A stretch of DNA of 20,000 nucleotides from Chiloscyllium plagiosum (lineage: Eukaryota), in the NCBI RefSeq assembly GCF_004010195.1, contig NC_057719.1, positions 26,122,009 through 26,142,008 on the forward strand, in the 5' to 3' direction. The notes beneath the pieces are model-generated. The model ran no database searches and was not told the origin of the DNA. It saw only the letters and a program-made list of their open reading frames with translations. The position numbers and the translations under genes were made by a program. Positions 1-10,566 of this stretch are shown here, piece by piece. How positions within the stretch are numbered: position 1 is the first letter of the stretch; every line of letters starts with the position of its first letter.

Positions 1-1120
1 AACACCTGGAGTCTGCCTGACTTTCATCTTATGTTTATATACGGATCCCATTACCATCACTTTCTTGCGAAAAAGCTGCTCCTTTAACAAGGTGATGTTG
101 TCCTTGGTTTCCTTTTCAGAAAGGTCGTAAAAGACACAGACTCTGAAAAGTCTAAGTGGAAGGGTTTCAGGGTGAGTTTGATTATAGCTAACAGATACTG
201 CCTCATGCAAAAGGCTTTCAACTTTTAAAAAAAACTTATACAATGAAAGGGGAGTGGCCAGTTCTCCCAGCTAAGCTTTTCTCTGGTTTGGTTTTGGTTT
301 AGCAGGCAGGACTCAGGGAGCTGCTGGACCCAAGAAGTAAGTCCATGCTGATTTCTTTCTGACTTCTCTTCTGTCAGATCCTGTGTTTAATTTTACCTTT
401 AGTGCCAAGGGGTGTTTATGGGGATTGTTGCAAATATTTGGAGCAGCATGATTTGTTGGGCTAATCTGTTGGTTTTTTGGATAGGTTGTTATTCGGTATT
501 CTGTTGTCTTTTGTTTGTGTTTCCTTCAGTAATCTTGTAAATAAATTTGATTTTGCTTAAAACTAAGTGGTTTGACCCGCTGCATCTCTCCTGGAATATC
601 CACTGTACACCTACTTAAAACAACTAGCGGTGTTAGGGGCTGGGCTACCTTCTTATAGAAAAGTACAGCACAGAACAGGCCCTTAGGCCCATGATGTTGT
701 GCCGAGACTTAATCCTAATGTAAAATGTAGTAACTTAACCTATGCACCCCTCAACACACTGCTATCCATGTGCATGTCCAGCAGTCGCTTAAATGTCCCC
801 AATGACTTCGCTTCCACCACCTCAACTGGCAACACATTCCATGCATTCACAACTCTCTGCATAAAGAACCTACCTCTGACGTCTCCTTTATACCTTCCTC
901 TTAATATCTTCAAACTATGACTTCTCGTACCAGTCAATCCTGCCCTGGGGAAAAGTCTTTGGCTATTGACTCTATCTATTCCTCTCATTATTTTGTACAC
1001 CTCGATCAGGTCTCCTCTCTTCCTCCTTCTCTCCAGAGAGAAAGGTCCGAGCTTAGTCAACCTTTCTTCATAAGGCAAGCCCTCTTGAAATGTTTTGAGG
1101 GGTCTGGCCTGGTCCATAAT
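1..1120 (+). mobile_element. LTR-like repeat relic (3' part), interrupted by a CR1 insertion at 655-1084
   Basis: The flanks of the CR1 rejoin as ...gggctaccttctt|gaaatgttttgagggg... (tctt at 651-654 and 1083-1086). AATAAA lies at ~540 and the end ...ggtccataat looks like a decayed LTR terminus. The LTR class is inferred from this layout and resemblance only. Confidence 0.4.
655..1084 (-). mobile_element. CR1/L3 LINE, 5'-truncated 3' end (ORF2 C-terminus plus 3' UTR)
   Basis: ORF 740..1129(-) reads [33 protein letters not shown]...FFMQRVVNAWNVLP, the typical CR1 ORF2 C-terminus. The 3' UTR ends ...gtgctgtacttttctat. Confidence 0.93.
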
Positions 1121-1235
1121 GTTCTGCATTGCACCATCATCCCTTTTGAGATTTAATCAGCGTGCTCTCTAAATAAAAACACAGACCCTTCCCTTTTGTT
1201 ATTGTCATGCTCTATTTTCCTCTGGCTTCATACTG

Positions 1236-1282
1236 TTTACTTATTCATTCATGGGATTCATGTGCCAGAATTTATTGCCTAT
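1236..1282 (-). mobile_element. Short SINE/LINE 3'-tail fragment
   Basis: tttacttattcattcatgggat...gccagaatttattgcc resembles the tail of the SINE copies at 7243-7672 and 8908-9233. Confidence 0.4.
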
Positions 1283-1293
1283 TATGAATAGCA

Positions 1294-1526
1294 CTGAAAA
1301 TGTGTTGCTAGAAAAGCGCAGCAGGTCAGGCAGCATCCAAGGAGCAGGAGAATCGACGTTTCGGGCATGAGCCCTTCTTTAGGAATGCCCTTCTTCTCGA
1401 TTCCTGAAGAAGGGCTCATGCCCGAAACGTCGATTCTCCTGTTCCTTGGATGCTGCCTGACCTGCTGCGCTTTTCCAGCAACACATTTTCAGCTCTGATC
1501 TCCAGCATCTGCAGTCCTCACTTTCT
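1294..1526 (+). mobile_element. Penelope-like element (PLE) mini-insertion: inverted pLTR + direct pLTR + ~34-37 nt tail, with TSD
   Basis: Arms 1294-1386 and 1400-1492 are 93-bp inverted repeats with 3 mismatches; the tail is 1493-1526. The flanking direct repeat is cctattatgaatagca (1278-1293) / cctatcatgaatagca (1527-1542). Confidence 0.85.
1399..1436 (+). ncRNA. Minimal type-I hammerhead ribozyme motif (PLE-associated)
   Basis: CUGAAGA (1404-1410), extra A, stem II GGGC-UCAU-GCCC, then GAAAC-GUC (1424-1431). Stem I is GAUUC/GAUUC with one U-U mismatch. Confidence 0.7.
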
Positions 1527-1580
1527 CCTATCATGAATAGCAAACCTGTTTAGAAACAGTAACATCTCACACATAAGTTG

Positions 1581-1682
1581 TTTCTGATGAAACATCATGT
1601 ATCAGAAATGTTAACTCGCTGTCCCGTTTTCCACAGATGCTGCCCAACCTGCTGCGTGTTTCCAGCATTTTTGGTTTTCACT
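1581..1682 (+). mobile_element. Older PLE pLTR fragment (second subfamily) with decayed hammerhead
   Basis: ctgatga...gaaatgttaac followed by ccacagatgctgcccaacctgctgcgtgtttccagcattttt, homologous to the gatgctgcctgacctgctg...ttccagca core of the copy at 1400-1492. Confidence 0.65.
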
Positions 1683-2403
1683 TTAAAAAAATGATGCTGT
1701 CTCTGTTTGAAGTGCTTCCTGTATTGGACTCTCTGTCACAGAGCTTTCACAAAACAATATAATGTGAGAAGGAATGCAATGGCAAAATTAAATGGTTTCT
1801 GATACAGAAGTCCAAAACAAATATATTTAAGTACTGCCAACTTTGCATCAATTAAATAAAGTTACAACTTCACTTGTTAAACTATGACGTATTTTAAACT
1901 GACTTTTCCTGGCGCAAAGATTAAATCTCATAATTAGTATGGAAAACCTTGTTTCCCTTTTTCTGCACCTCATAAACTTCTTTGTGTGGGCTTATACTTC
2001 AAAAATTAAAGTAATTAACTGCTCCCAAATTGCATTAGTGATGCATTTGATTTTTATGATATGCTAATTTCTCTATGCAAGATGATATCTTACAGATAGA
2101 TCAGTTTAAAAATGATTAAACCATTGAACTAATTAAAATCAATCATAACTTTTTGATCCACTGTCAGGCGGAGATAGTATGCCGTTGTGAGATAAGACAC
2201 TTTGGAACAGGGCAGAGAAAAACATCATTATGATTTAGTCTTTTCAAGGCAGTTGAAGATCTGCAAAGTGTACATATTGGAAATGAAAATAAGAAGTGCA
2301 TGCAGGATATAGCAAAGAGGAAAGTTGAAAGAGTTCTCATGTTAATAAGTGGACTGGCCAAAATCATGTCGAAATAATTTTGGGATGACAATAAACAATA
2401 AGC

Positions 2404-2480
2404 AAACAAAAAAACAAAAAATGCTGGAGAAACTGAGCAGGTCTGGCAGCACCTGTGGAGAGTGAGAGAAATAGTTAATG
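2404..2480 (-). mobile_element. PLE pLTR fragment (second subfamily)
   Basis: aaaaatgctggagaaactgagcaggtctggcagcacctgtggag...agttaatg is the reverse complement of the same core. Confidence 0.65.
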
Positions 2481-2771
2481 GATTGGATCTTTACGTTTTT
2501 TTGGTAAAACCATTTTACTCTGAGTTTCCTGTCAGATGATTGGTCACGGCCCGTATTGGGATGCTTCTCAGGTAACTGTCTGCTGTTCAGCTCGCTAATT
2601 TGTCAAGCTGCATCTTTGGTGCCCAGCTCAGGTTATTGTTTGGCAGATGTGACAGAGCTGCTCACTGCTGCTGGGATGTTGCCATGCTCATGCTGCTGGC
2701 TCCAGCTCCTGATGTGCACTTCCAATGCTCCAAAGCAGGAAGGCTGCTGTTTCACCATTATAACCAAGCAA

Positions 2772-3650
2772 TTGACCCAGAAAGGGAACACAGCACCCCT
2801 GTTTGTCGGATAGAGACCTGAAAACTTTGGATGACAGAAGGACAGGGCTGTTTCCTCCAGACTGTCAAAAGTAGATTATACCGCAATCACAGCCAGAGTG
2901 GAGGAAGGTCGTCCCCCAGGTTGGTACTCTGCCCAGTGTGAAAATTAATGCACAACAGTACTGTCAAAAGGTGAATGACCTGCTGTGCTCTGCAAGATAA
3001 AGTGAAATTATTCTGTCTCTGCTCCCTCGCACATGGCCACCAGATGTTGGAAATCTGAAACAAAAGCAAAAATTGCTGGAGAAACTCAGCAGGTCTGCCA
3101 CACCTCTCTTACCAAGGCTCCTGGACTACACCCCACACTACTGCATGCATCATGTCCATTCAATGCCTCTCCCCAACTCCGCTTATCTTTCCAACAGACT
3201 AAACTTTTCCCAACTTGGTCAGCTCACCACCTCTCCCCACAATTCTATTATGTTCAAAGCTTCACGTTGTAGGAAAAACTGTGGTATAAGAGCATGGGGA
3301 TGGCAGATATTCCTCACCCAGCAAGAGAAAATGGTGCTGATGTTGGCTGGAGAAGATGGTGACCGCTTGTGTGGGCTTCTGAGACCTCTCTATCCAGTTA
3401 AATGAGAGAACTTCATTGTGCTGTGCAACACTGCTCACCAATTAATACAAGCAAGAACGCATTCTTATCACAAACAACTGACTTACATAACTGCTTCTCC
3501 CTATTCTCTTATGCAGGCATTTGTGAAACTCAATGGCCTTGGACAAAAAGGAGGTCAATGCCAATCTCCATCCCCAGCCCTGAGGAGGAAGCCACTCAAT
3601 GATGCACCAGCAAGGCTTTTCCCTGCAGCCTCTACTATCTCAGTAACTTT
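2772..3650 (+). pseudogene. Decayed Myb/SANT-like DNA-binding protein gene of a PIF/Harbinger transposon (NAIF1/MSANTD-like), three exon remnants
   Basis: Manual translation of 2772-2997, with one frameshift and one stop, gives KGNTAPLF/DRDLKTLDDRRTGLFPPDCQK*IIPQSQPEWRKVVPQVGTLPSVKINAQQYCQKVNDLLCSAR, fitting the Myb/SANT-like pattern APxF..L..LF..W..V..QC.KK.NDL. Exon 2 follows ttgtag (3273-~3397): EKL...ADI/LTQQEKMVLMLAGEDGDRLCG. Exon 3 follows atgcag (3517-~3650): SIPSPEEE/DAPARLFPAAST. Confidence 0.65.
3041..3100 (-). mobile_element. PLE pLTR 3' fragment inserted in intron 1 of the Myb/SANT relic
   Basis: cagatgttggaaatctgaaacaaaagcaaaaattgctggagaaactcagcaggtctg matches 5926-5985. Confidence 0.65.
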
Positions 3651-3719
3651 TTGCCCAGGTTGTGGTGGGGATTTCTTACCAGATTAAAGTGGGATCACAA
3701 CCTGGAAAGCACATCATTG

Positions 3720-3848
3720 AATCCTGATGAAGAGCTTATGCCCAAAACATCGATTCTCCTGTTCCTCGGATGCTGCCTGACCTGCTGTGCTTTTCCAGGA
3801 CCACACTCTTGACTCTGACCTCCAGCATTTGCAATCCTCACTTTTTCC
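3720..3848 (+). mobile_element. PLE pLTR monomer with decayed hammerhead and 13-bp TSD
   Basis: atcctgatgaagagcttatgcccaaaacatcgattctcc...gcaatcctcactttttcc, with TSD aagcacatcattg at 3707-3719 and 3849-3861. The core GAAACGTC has decayed to AAAACATC, consistent with CpG decay. Confidence 0.85.
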
Positions 3849-3872
3849 AAGCACATCATTGGCATATCTTAT

Positions 3873-4060
3873 CCGAGATGAGGCCAAATTGCTTCACTTA
3901 GATGGTTGTGAATCTTTGGCACTCTCTACCCATGAGGGCTATGAATGTTCAGCCTTTGAGTGTTATTGGGACTGAGATCAAGTGGTTTTTGGACAATAAA
4001 GGAATCAAGAAAAATAGGGATAGTGCAGAAATCTAGACTTGACGTAGAAACCTAGGGATT
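3873..4060 (+). mobile_element. Old CR1 LINE 3' fragment
   Basis: gagatgagg...ttcacttagatggttgtgaatctttggcactctctaccc...gactgagatcaagtggtttttgg is a degraded FF.QRVVNLWNSLP-type CR1 end. Confidence 0.65.
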
Positions 4061-4260
4061 TGGAGCATTTAAGGATGACATTTCTGCTACTATTTCTTTT
4101 GTTCTTGTGCCATGTGGTACAAATTTGTCTTCCAGGAATCTGGAAAATAGGACATGAGCCATTGGCTTGATGTGAAAATGGCAAGGGGGCACATCAAAGC
4201 TGTCTTACTGAATAAAGGCTGCTCTAATCAAACATTACTCATGCACACTCAGAACCGGTC

Positions 4261-4675
4261 AGGTTGGGACATTTCTCTCTCTGGAGCGTAGGAGATTTAA
4301 GGGTGACTTTATAAAGTTTTATAAAATCATGAGAGGTGTCGATAAGGTGAATAGCAAAGGTCTTTTCCCTAGCATAGGGGAATTCAAAAGTAGAGGGTAT
4401 AGGTTTAAGGTGAGAGGGGAACAATTTAAAAGGGATCTTAGGGGCAACGTTTTCTCACAGATAGTAGAGCATATATGGAATGAACTGCCAAAGGAAGTGA
4501 TAGAAGCTGGTACAGTCACAACATTTGAAAGACCTTTGGACAGGTACATGAATAGGAACGTTTTAGGGCCAAATGCAGACAAATGGGATTAGTCTGGTTT
4601 GTAAAATCTGGTTGGCATGGAAGATTGGACCAAAAGATCTGATTTTATGCTGTATGAATCTATAACTCTATAACT
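4261..4675 (+). mobile_element. CR1/L3 LINE 3' end
   Basis: ORF 4329..4592 reads MRGVDKVNSKGLFP...SRGYRFKVRGEQFKRDLRGNVFSQIVEHIWNELPKEVIEAGT. It ends in the 8-bp tandem tail tctataac-tctataac. Confidence 0.92.
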
Positions 4676-5909
4676 GGGCCCACTTGGGAAAGTGCAAATA
4701 GTCTCCAGTCCCTGGGGTCAACAGCAAAAAGTAATAACACACTCAAAGTATGCAAGGTCTCCAATTTACCAAATTAACAACTTAACAGAAAACACTGACC
4801 AGGTTCCTGTACTTACGAAGAACTATTATCTACTTAGAAATAGATAAGTTCTGGCCACAGATGAAAAACTATGTATCATCAAGATATCACTCTACTACTT
4901 GAAACTCTAACCCTACTTGGAAACCTCTACATACATACAGACAGATAAATAAAGAAATATTGGTGTCATGAAAGGAGGGAAAAATACTTGGGAAACACAG
5001 TTCAAATGAACCAATGCAAAGGATTCATTGAGATGTTCCTTTTGTTTCTGAAACTGCTCTGTTCTTCCATCTCTTGTTCCAGGTTCTTTTGTTTCTTTGC
5101 AGGAGGCACAAGGTGATTGGCATACCAATTACAAAGCCTTTTCATTAATGGTTAAAAGAAACTGCTTGCAGCAACTAATGAAAGAAAATAATTTTCTTAC
5201 TATAAGCTTCATGAGTGTTTACAACAGAGAGAGAAGAGACACAAAAGACACAAAACCAAGACATCTCACTCTCTATTGCAAGCCCCCAATCTGTTTGCCT
5301 GCCCAGGAGCTAATCAGAGAGCTCTCATCATCAGACTCTGATGACTTCCAGTATCCACACTGATCACAGTTTCACAAACCAATCAGTAATCTGTTACCAG
5401 CTGAAATGCACACACCCTGTTGCCATACCATCTTATCTCTCTTCTCCCCCAACCTCCCCTACACTGTAAACATAATTCACAATGTCTTTCAGTAATGTGT
5501 TCTCAAAAATTCAGCATTTCCATCATTTGTACTTGGTTTTAAAACTGTCTTTTTTCCCCATTTCAGTTTACAATCAAATATATTCAAAAAAAAACATATG
5601 ATCTTTACAACTCAACTATTTGATCCTGAAAATCCTCACCTTATCCTGATTCAAAGAACAGGATACTACTGTCAAGCCAAAAAGACATTTTGCCCATAAG
5701 GTATGTAGGCCATAAATCCCAAAGACTGGTGATGGTTCTTTGGCTGATCACAATAGGCAGACTACTGAGCATATTCAACCAACCTCTCCTGGCAAAACAC
5801 AGAATGTACATTAAGTTAGATGTGATTCCATAGTGCTGCTTAACAATTATAAATATACTGGTAACTACAGTACCAACCAGGTTAAGATTATCAGCAAGAA
5901 TCACAGTAT

Positions 5910-6044
5910 AAGAGCAAGACACTGCAGATGCTGGAAATCTGAAATAAAAACAGAAAGCATTGGAGAAATTCGACGAGCCTGGCAGCACCTGTGCAGAGAA
6001 AAACCAAGTTCATGTTTTGAGACTGATATCACTCTTCTTTAGAA
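5910..6044 (-). mobile_element. PLE pLTR monomer (second subfamily) with decayed hammerhead
   Basis: The minus strand reads ttctaaagaagagtgatatcagtctcaaaacatgaac...ggtgctgccaggctcg...atttcagatttccagcatctgcagtg, sharing the ccagcatctgcagt tail with 1502-1515. Confidence 0.7.
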
Positions 6045-6102
6045 AAGGCCAATAAACTAGTGAGTTTTTTGATGCTGTTGACAGAGCTTAGCAGCAATGA
6101 AC

Positions 6103-6650
6103 TAGAATTAGAATTAGATTTTATTGTCACGTGCAACTCAAGTACAGGGATACAGGAGTACAGTGAAAAGTGCATAAAGTTGCCATTCCTGGCGCCATCT
6201 TAGGTTCAAAGGTATCTAGGTACAAAATCTTAAGTACAAAGTAGAAAAATGAAGGAATAAGTTAAAAGTTCAACATCACTGTCCTTCTTAAGTGATTAGC
6301 CACAGGCCTAGATTTGGGCTCTTGTACCGCGACACAGAGACCAACACCAACAGGAAGCAGTTGGCCAGCTTCGAGTAACTTCACCGTGCTGCCAACGCAG
6401 AACCATGTGGCCAGTCGTCAGCACTATCTTGTCCCTGTCGTCAACATCTCACTGGGCCAGTCTCAGCAATGCAGCCACCGCTGAAGCTGTTGGGTCCCAC
6501 ACCAGGGACTGGGCCCAAACACGTTTCTCTCAACCATCACCGCCACCAGCAGCACAAACCCAACTCTCTCTGCCACCACGGGGAAGAAACCTTGCATCAG
6601 ACATGCCTCCAGTGATTGGGTGGTGGTTACCACACCCTTTTCTGGCTCCA
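6103..6650 (-). mobile_element. Non-LTR retroelement (L2/Rex-like 3' end) or derived SINE
   Basis: The minus strand ends ...gtgacaataaaa(tctaat)n, i.e. AATAAA plus a short tandem tail typical of L2/Rex-type 3' ends. The GC-richer 6290-6650 part is only tentatively included. Confidence 0.45.
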
Positions 6651-7242
6651 CTCTGAGAAACATGTTTGTATCACGACTGGGTCAGGGCTTATGTTAAGAC
6701 TTGACCTCGCATGAGGAAGATGCAACACCAGACTCCAGAGAAATCAACTTTATCTGATGGGTCAGCTATTCAGTTCTAGCAGCCAGGCGCTGTGCACTCA
6801 CCAGGTCCACGGGAATGTTTGATATTGTCACAAGATGATATTTGCAACATTATAATGTAGACAATTTACAACATTGTCTCAAACACTGCAAGACTATGAT
6901 TGAGGAAGTGATTGAAAGTGAGTGGAATAGATTGCGAGGGTGCTCAGAGGAAACGACAAAGGAGTGCTATCGGTGGTAAAATAGAGAGATAAATGTAAAA
7001 TGGGTGTAAGTGAAGGTGTGGAAAGAACAAAAAGAGTTGCTTCTGTCAGCACAAAGTCAACAAGACACAGCTGGGGAGGAATGTAAGAAAAATAGAAGAT
7101 CGAGATAATAAGAACTTCTGCTAGCTTTAGTCATTTGTATAAGGGAAATGCGGTCACCTTCATTTGCAGATATCAGTATTCAGGTGCAAGCATGTGAAAT
7201 TATCCCAACTCTGCCTCCAAATGAGATGCAGACAAAAGCTTA

Positions 7243-7672
7243 GGTATGTTACTACTTCCCTAGAAATCCGGTGGCATGAACTAATGATCTGGAAATATGA
7301 GTTCAAATTCCACCACGCTGGCCAGGGAATTTAAATTCAATTAGTTACATAAACTCTGAATCAAAGAGCTATTATCATTAATGGTGATTGTGAAACTGTT
7401 GGATTTTTGCCAAAATCCAAGTAGTTCATGTATGCTGTTTGAGGAAGTAAATCTTCCATCATTACCCATTTGGGCTTACTTGTGACTCAACTTAATAACC
7501 ATAATAATGTACCTGATGCTTAACTACCGTTGGAAATAGCTTAATAAGTACCACAGTTGTATTCATGAAAGCAGTTCAACTCCACCCTCTGAAGGACAAA
7601 TATGGATGAGTAAAAAGTGCTGACTTGACCAGTCTTGACCACCAAAGCTCACAGTACATGAATAAAAATAAT
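7243..7672 (+). mobile_element. Old tRNA-derived SINE
   Basis: B-box-like gagttcaaattcc (~7299-7311); body homologous to the reverse complement of 8908-9233; ends catgaataaaaataa. Confidence 0.7.
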
Positions 7673-7759
7673 CTTAGATAAGGGATTCCCATTGGTACCT
7701 CTCTCGGGGCCAGAGACAACAAAGCACAGGAAAAAGAAAATAAACAAGAGTCTAGTGAT

Positions 7760-7989
7760 TGTAATGAGGTCAGCCAGGTGGACCTCATAGTGTCTGAGAT
7801 CCCTGAATGGGACTGTTAATCTGGTCCAATCAGGGAGCCCTGGCTAACAGATATACTGTAAACAGGAGTGTCAGAGGCTCTATTCACTGACAGCTGGCTC
7901 TGAGGGAGCTGGATCAGTGTCAAAGCCTCTCTGTAAGTGAATAAAAGGTGACTTGGTGATGGGATACCAGGCCCTGTGGAGTTATTCCA
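7760..7989 (+). mobile_element. Solo LTR-like element (~230 bp)
   Basis: Starts TGTAAT and ends TTATTCCA, with CCAAT (~7826), a TATA-like gatata (~7850) and AATAAA (~7940) in LTR order. No clear TSD. Confidence 0.6.
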
Positions 7990-8907
7990 GAGGTGGCTCA
8001 ATCACACTCAGTGTAAAATTACTGTGACTGCTAAATATCTGGCACATAATTATCTGGGCCCAACAATATTGAACAACTAGTTCAAGTGGGAATAAATATA
8101 AATAAAATTCTTGTGTGTCAAAAATGATTTGCTTGAAACCACAATTTCAAATTAATTAATAATTAAAAAGAGTGCTGCCTGTTTAATACAGTAATCATCA
8201 GACTCTTTCTGAATTTCAGGTGAAAGATAGACTTCAAAATTGATTTTTAAAATGTCTTTGTGCAAATTAAAACAGCAGGAGAAAAAAGCTATTCGGGAAT
8301 GAAGAATGATTCGTGGGAATGAAGATAATTGGGAAGGAGGTAATAGGGGCCTGAGTATTGTGGGTTATGCTGAGATTTGGGGCAAAATTGTAATAAGAGG
8401 TCTGGTGAGGCTTACTTCGAAATTGGGAGTAACTCACAGCAGCAATTATGCACTGGCAATTGGCAAGGTAAGTTTCTCATTAGGTAGAGGCAAAGTGCCA
8501 ATTATGGGAGATTACAGCTTGTTAAATGTCTTATTCTGCTGCAACTTGCCCGATTAATACTCAGCTTTCTATCTTACCAACATGCTGAATAAGGAGAGGT
8601 TGAGAATTCATTCTCATTATGGACGTCAGAGCAGTACCCACCAGCCTCATTCACAAAAAGTGGCATTTGCCAACTCAAGATCATCATGATAACTCTCTGA
8701 CCCACTTGCAGGACACTTCAGAAACATACATCTCCAATGCTGGGCTCACCAACAATAAGCATTGAAAGGCTGCTGCAAAGATATTTTGCACAAGAACAGC
8801 TCATGGATTGGAACAAGTTGCATCTCAGGGTTGCTTGCTAGTTCTCTGACTCAATTCGAGCCCAGCGTATACACCCTGCCTTGCCTTGTATATCAGCGCA
8901 TTGGCAC

Positions 8908-9233
8908 TTTTGTTTCAGTCATTTATTGAATGTGATTTTTGCTGGCTGGCCAGCATCTACTACTCGCCCCTAGCTTCCTTTAAATTGATTGGCTTGCTAG
9001 GCCATTTCAGAGGGCAGTTGAGAGTCAATCACATTGCTTTGGATCTGGAGTCACATGTGTGCCAGACCAGGTGAGGATGGCAGATTTCTTTCCCTGAAGG
9101 ACATTAGTGAGCCAGACAATCAGCAATGGTTTCACGGTCATTGGTAGATTCTCAATTCTAGATTCTTAAAAATTGAATTCAAATTCCATCCTTGGATAAA
9201 TAGCAGTAAGTCCACTAAGCCATCACCTCCCCC
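8908..9233 (-). mobile_element. tRNA-derived SINE, same family as 7243-7672, internally deleted
   Basis: ggccatttcagagggcagttgagagtcaatcacattgc...ggagtcacatgt...ggcagatttctttccctgaaggacattagtga...ttgaattcaaattcca, ending ccatcacctcccc (the SINE 5' end on the minus strand). Confidence 0.75.
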
Positions 9234-10312
9234 ATTGACATACTCCTTTGTGCAGATAGGCAGATAGGGTATTCATTATCAGGGTTTGAACTCGAGTGGG
9301 AAAATATCTTTCCATATGGCACACCAAGGTATCAATATAACACCTATAGCAAATGGCAGCTGCCTGCAAAGCAAACACACTGCATGTTTATTCAAACAGA
9401 GGGCCAGGTCATAAACTGGATGGGAGTCCTGATGCTGTCAGTCACAGGCTCAATCCACACACACACTACTAGGTTTGGCCACGATCAGTATCAGTTTTGG
9501 CTACTCATGATCTTGCCAACAGCAGCAGTCAGGGGAAACGCACATTGCCCTGTCAGGGAACTACAAAGACAATGGTCAGCAGACTGATCAGCCATGTCTA
9601 GAGGCACTATTCAAAGTCAGCTAGAGGTCTGAAGCATGTACAATCCTGGGGTCCAACTGCTGATCATTGTGGAGGTTGCACTTAGGGTCTGTGTCAGCTA
9701 TCAAAATGGGTGGGGGTCAAGGTTGGGGCAGGCATTTGTAGAAATGCAAACATACGTGGAAACACAAGGGGTAACTCAAGGAGTAGAAGGTAGGCACAGC
9801 AGCATTGGAGAGCTTGGTAGCCTACATGAGAGCTGGTTATTGGTAGTGATTATCATGTGACAGCATGTAGTGAAATGGGATAGAACTGGAAGTAAGAAGT
9901 GACAGGTGGGATGGGTAGATAGTTAATGAGACACTTTGGTAAGATGCTGTGACAAATCTCAAAGGCCTCATGATTAGAATCCTTCAATTAAATCCAATGC
10001 AATTCACATTTAGCCAAAATATGGAAGATTCAGCGCACCTAATGTCTCAGCTCTGTTTCATTGATTGGAACATTCAAACAGTACCTCTGCCCGTAGCTCC
10101 GATTGGTTCAATGCTTAAATTCACAGACAGCTACTTTGATCTAAAGAACACATGTTGCATTATGGGGCAGACATGCAATGTTAACATCACTGTGTGACAT
10201 CCTGAAAATCAGGATGAGTATTTTTTCAAATCACCTGTATTTAATCACATTTATTTAGGAAGTATTATTCAATTTAGTAAATTTATTTTAACACAAAACG
10301 CTTTCTGTCTGA

Positions 10313-10566
10313 TCAGAAAGTATTAACCGGAGAAGTGCTGATTTGATATGACAGAGTCAGAGAGTCATAGAGATGTACAGCATGGAAACAGACGAATCGG
10401 TCCAACTCATCCATGCCGACCAGATATCCCAACCCAATCTAGTTCAGAAAGTATTAACCGGAGAAGTGCTGATTTGATATGACAGAGTCATAGAGATGTA
10501 CAGCATGGAAACAGACGAATCGGTCCAACTCATCCATGCCGACCAGATATCCCAACCCAATCTAGT
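10313..10566. repeat. Near-perfect tandem duplication (131 bp + 123 bp)
   Basis: 10313-10443 and 10444-10566 are identical apart from one extra 8-bp tail unit in the first copy. Confidence 0.95.

Noticed and set aside
740..1129. 129-aa ORF as a host gene (likewise 18160-18564 and 17858-18286)
   Set aside because: These are CR1 ORF2 fragments or their antisense shadows.
2536..2571. 36-nt micro-exon (cag|...CAG|GTAACT)
   Set aside because: Unsupported, and it probably lies in the 5' region of the Harbinger relic.
5328..5344. Palindrome tcatcaga-c-tctgatga containing CTGATGA
   Set aside because: Short isolated palindrome with no remaining hammerhead elements; compatible with chance.
5097..5363. 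88-aa ORF after a pyrimidine tract (ttctttgcag)
   Set aside because: No recognisable domain, no convincing downstream donor, and low-complexity sequence.
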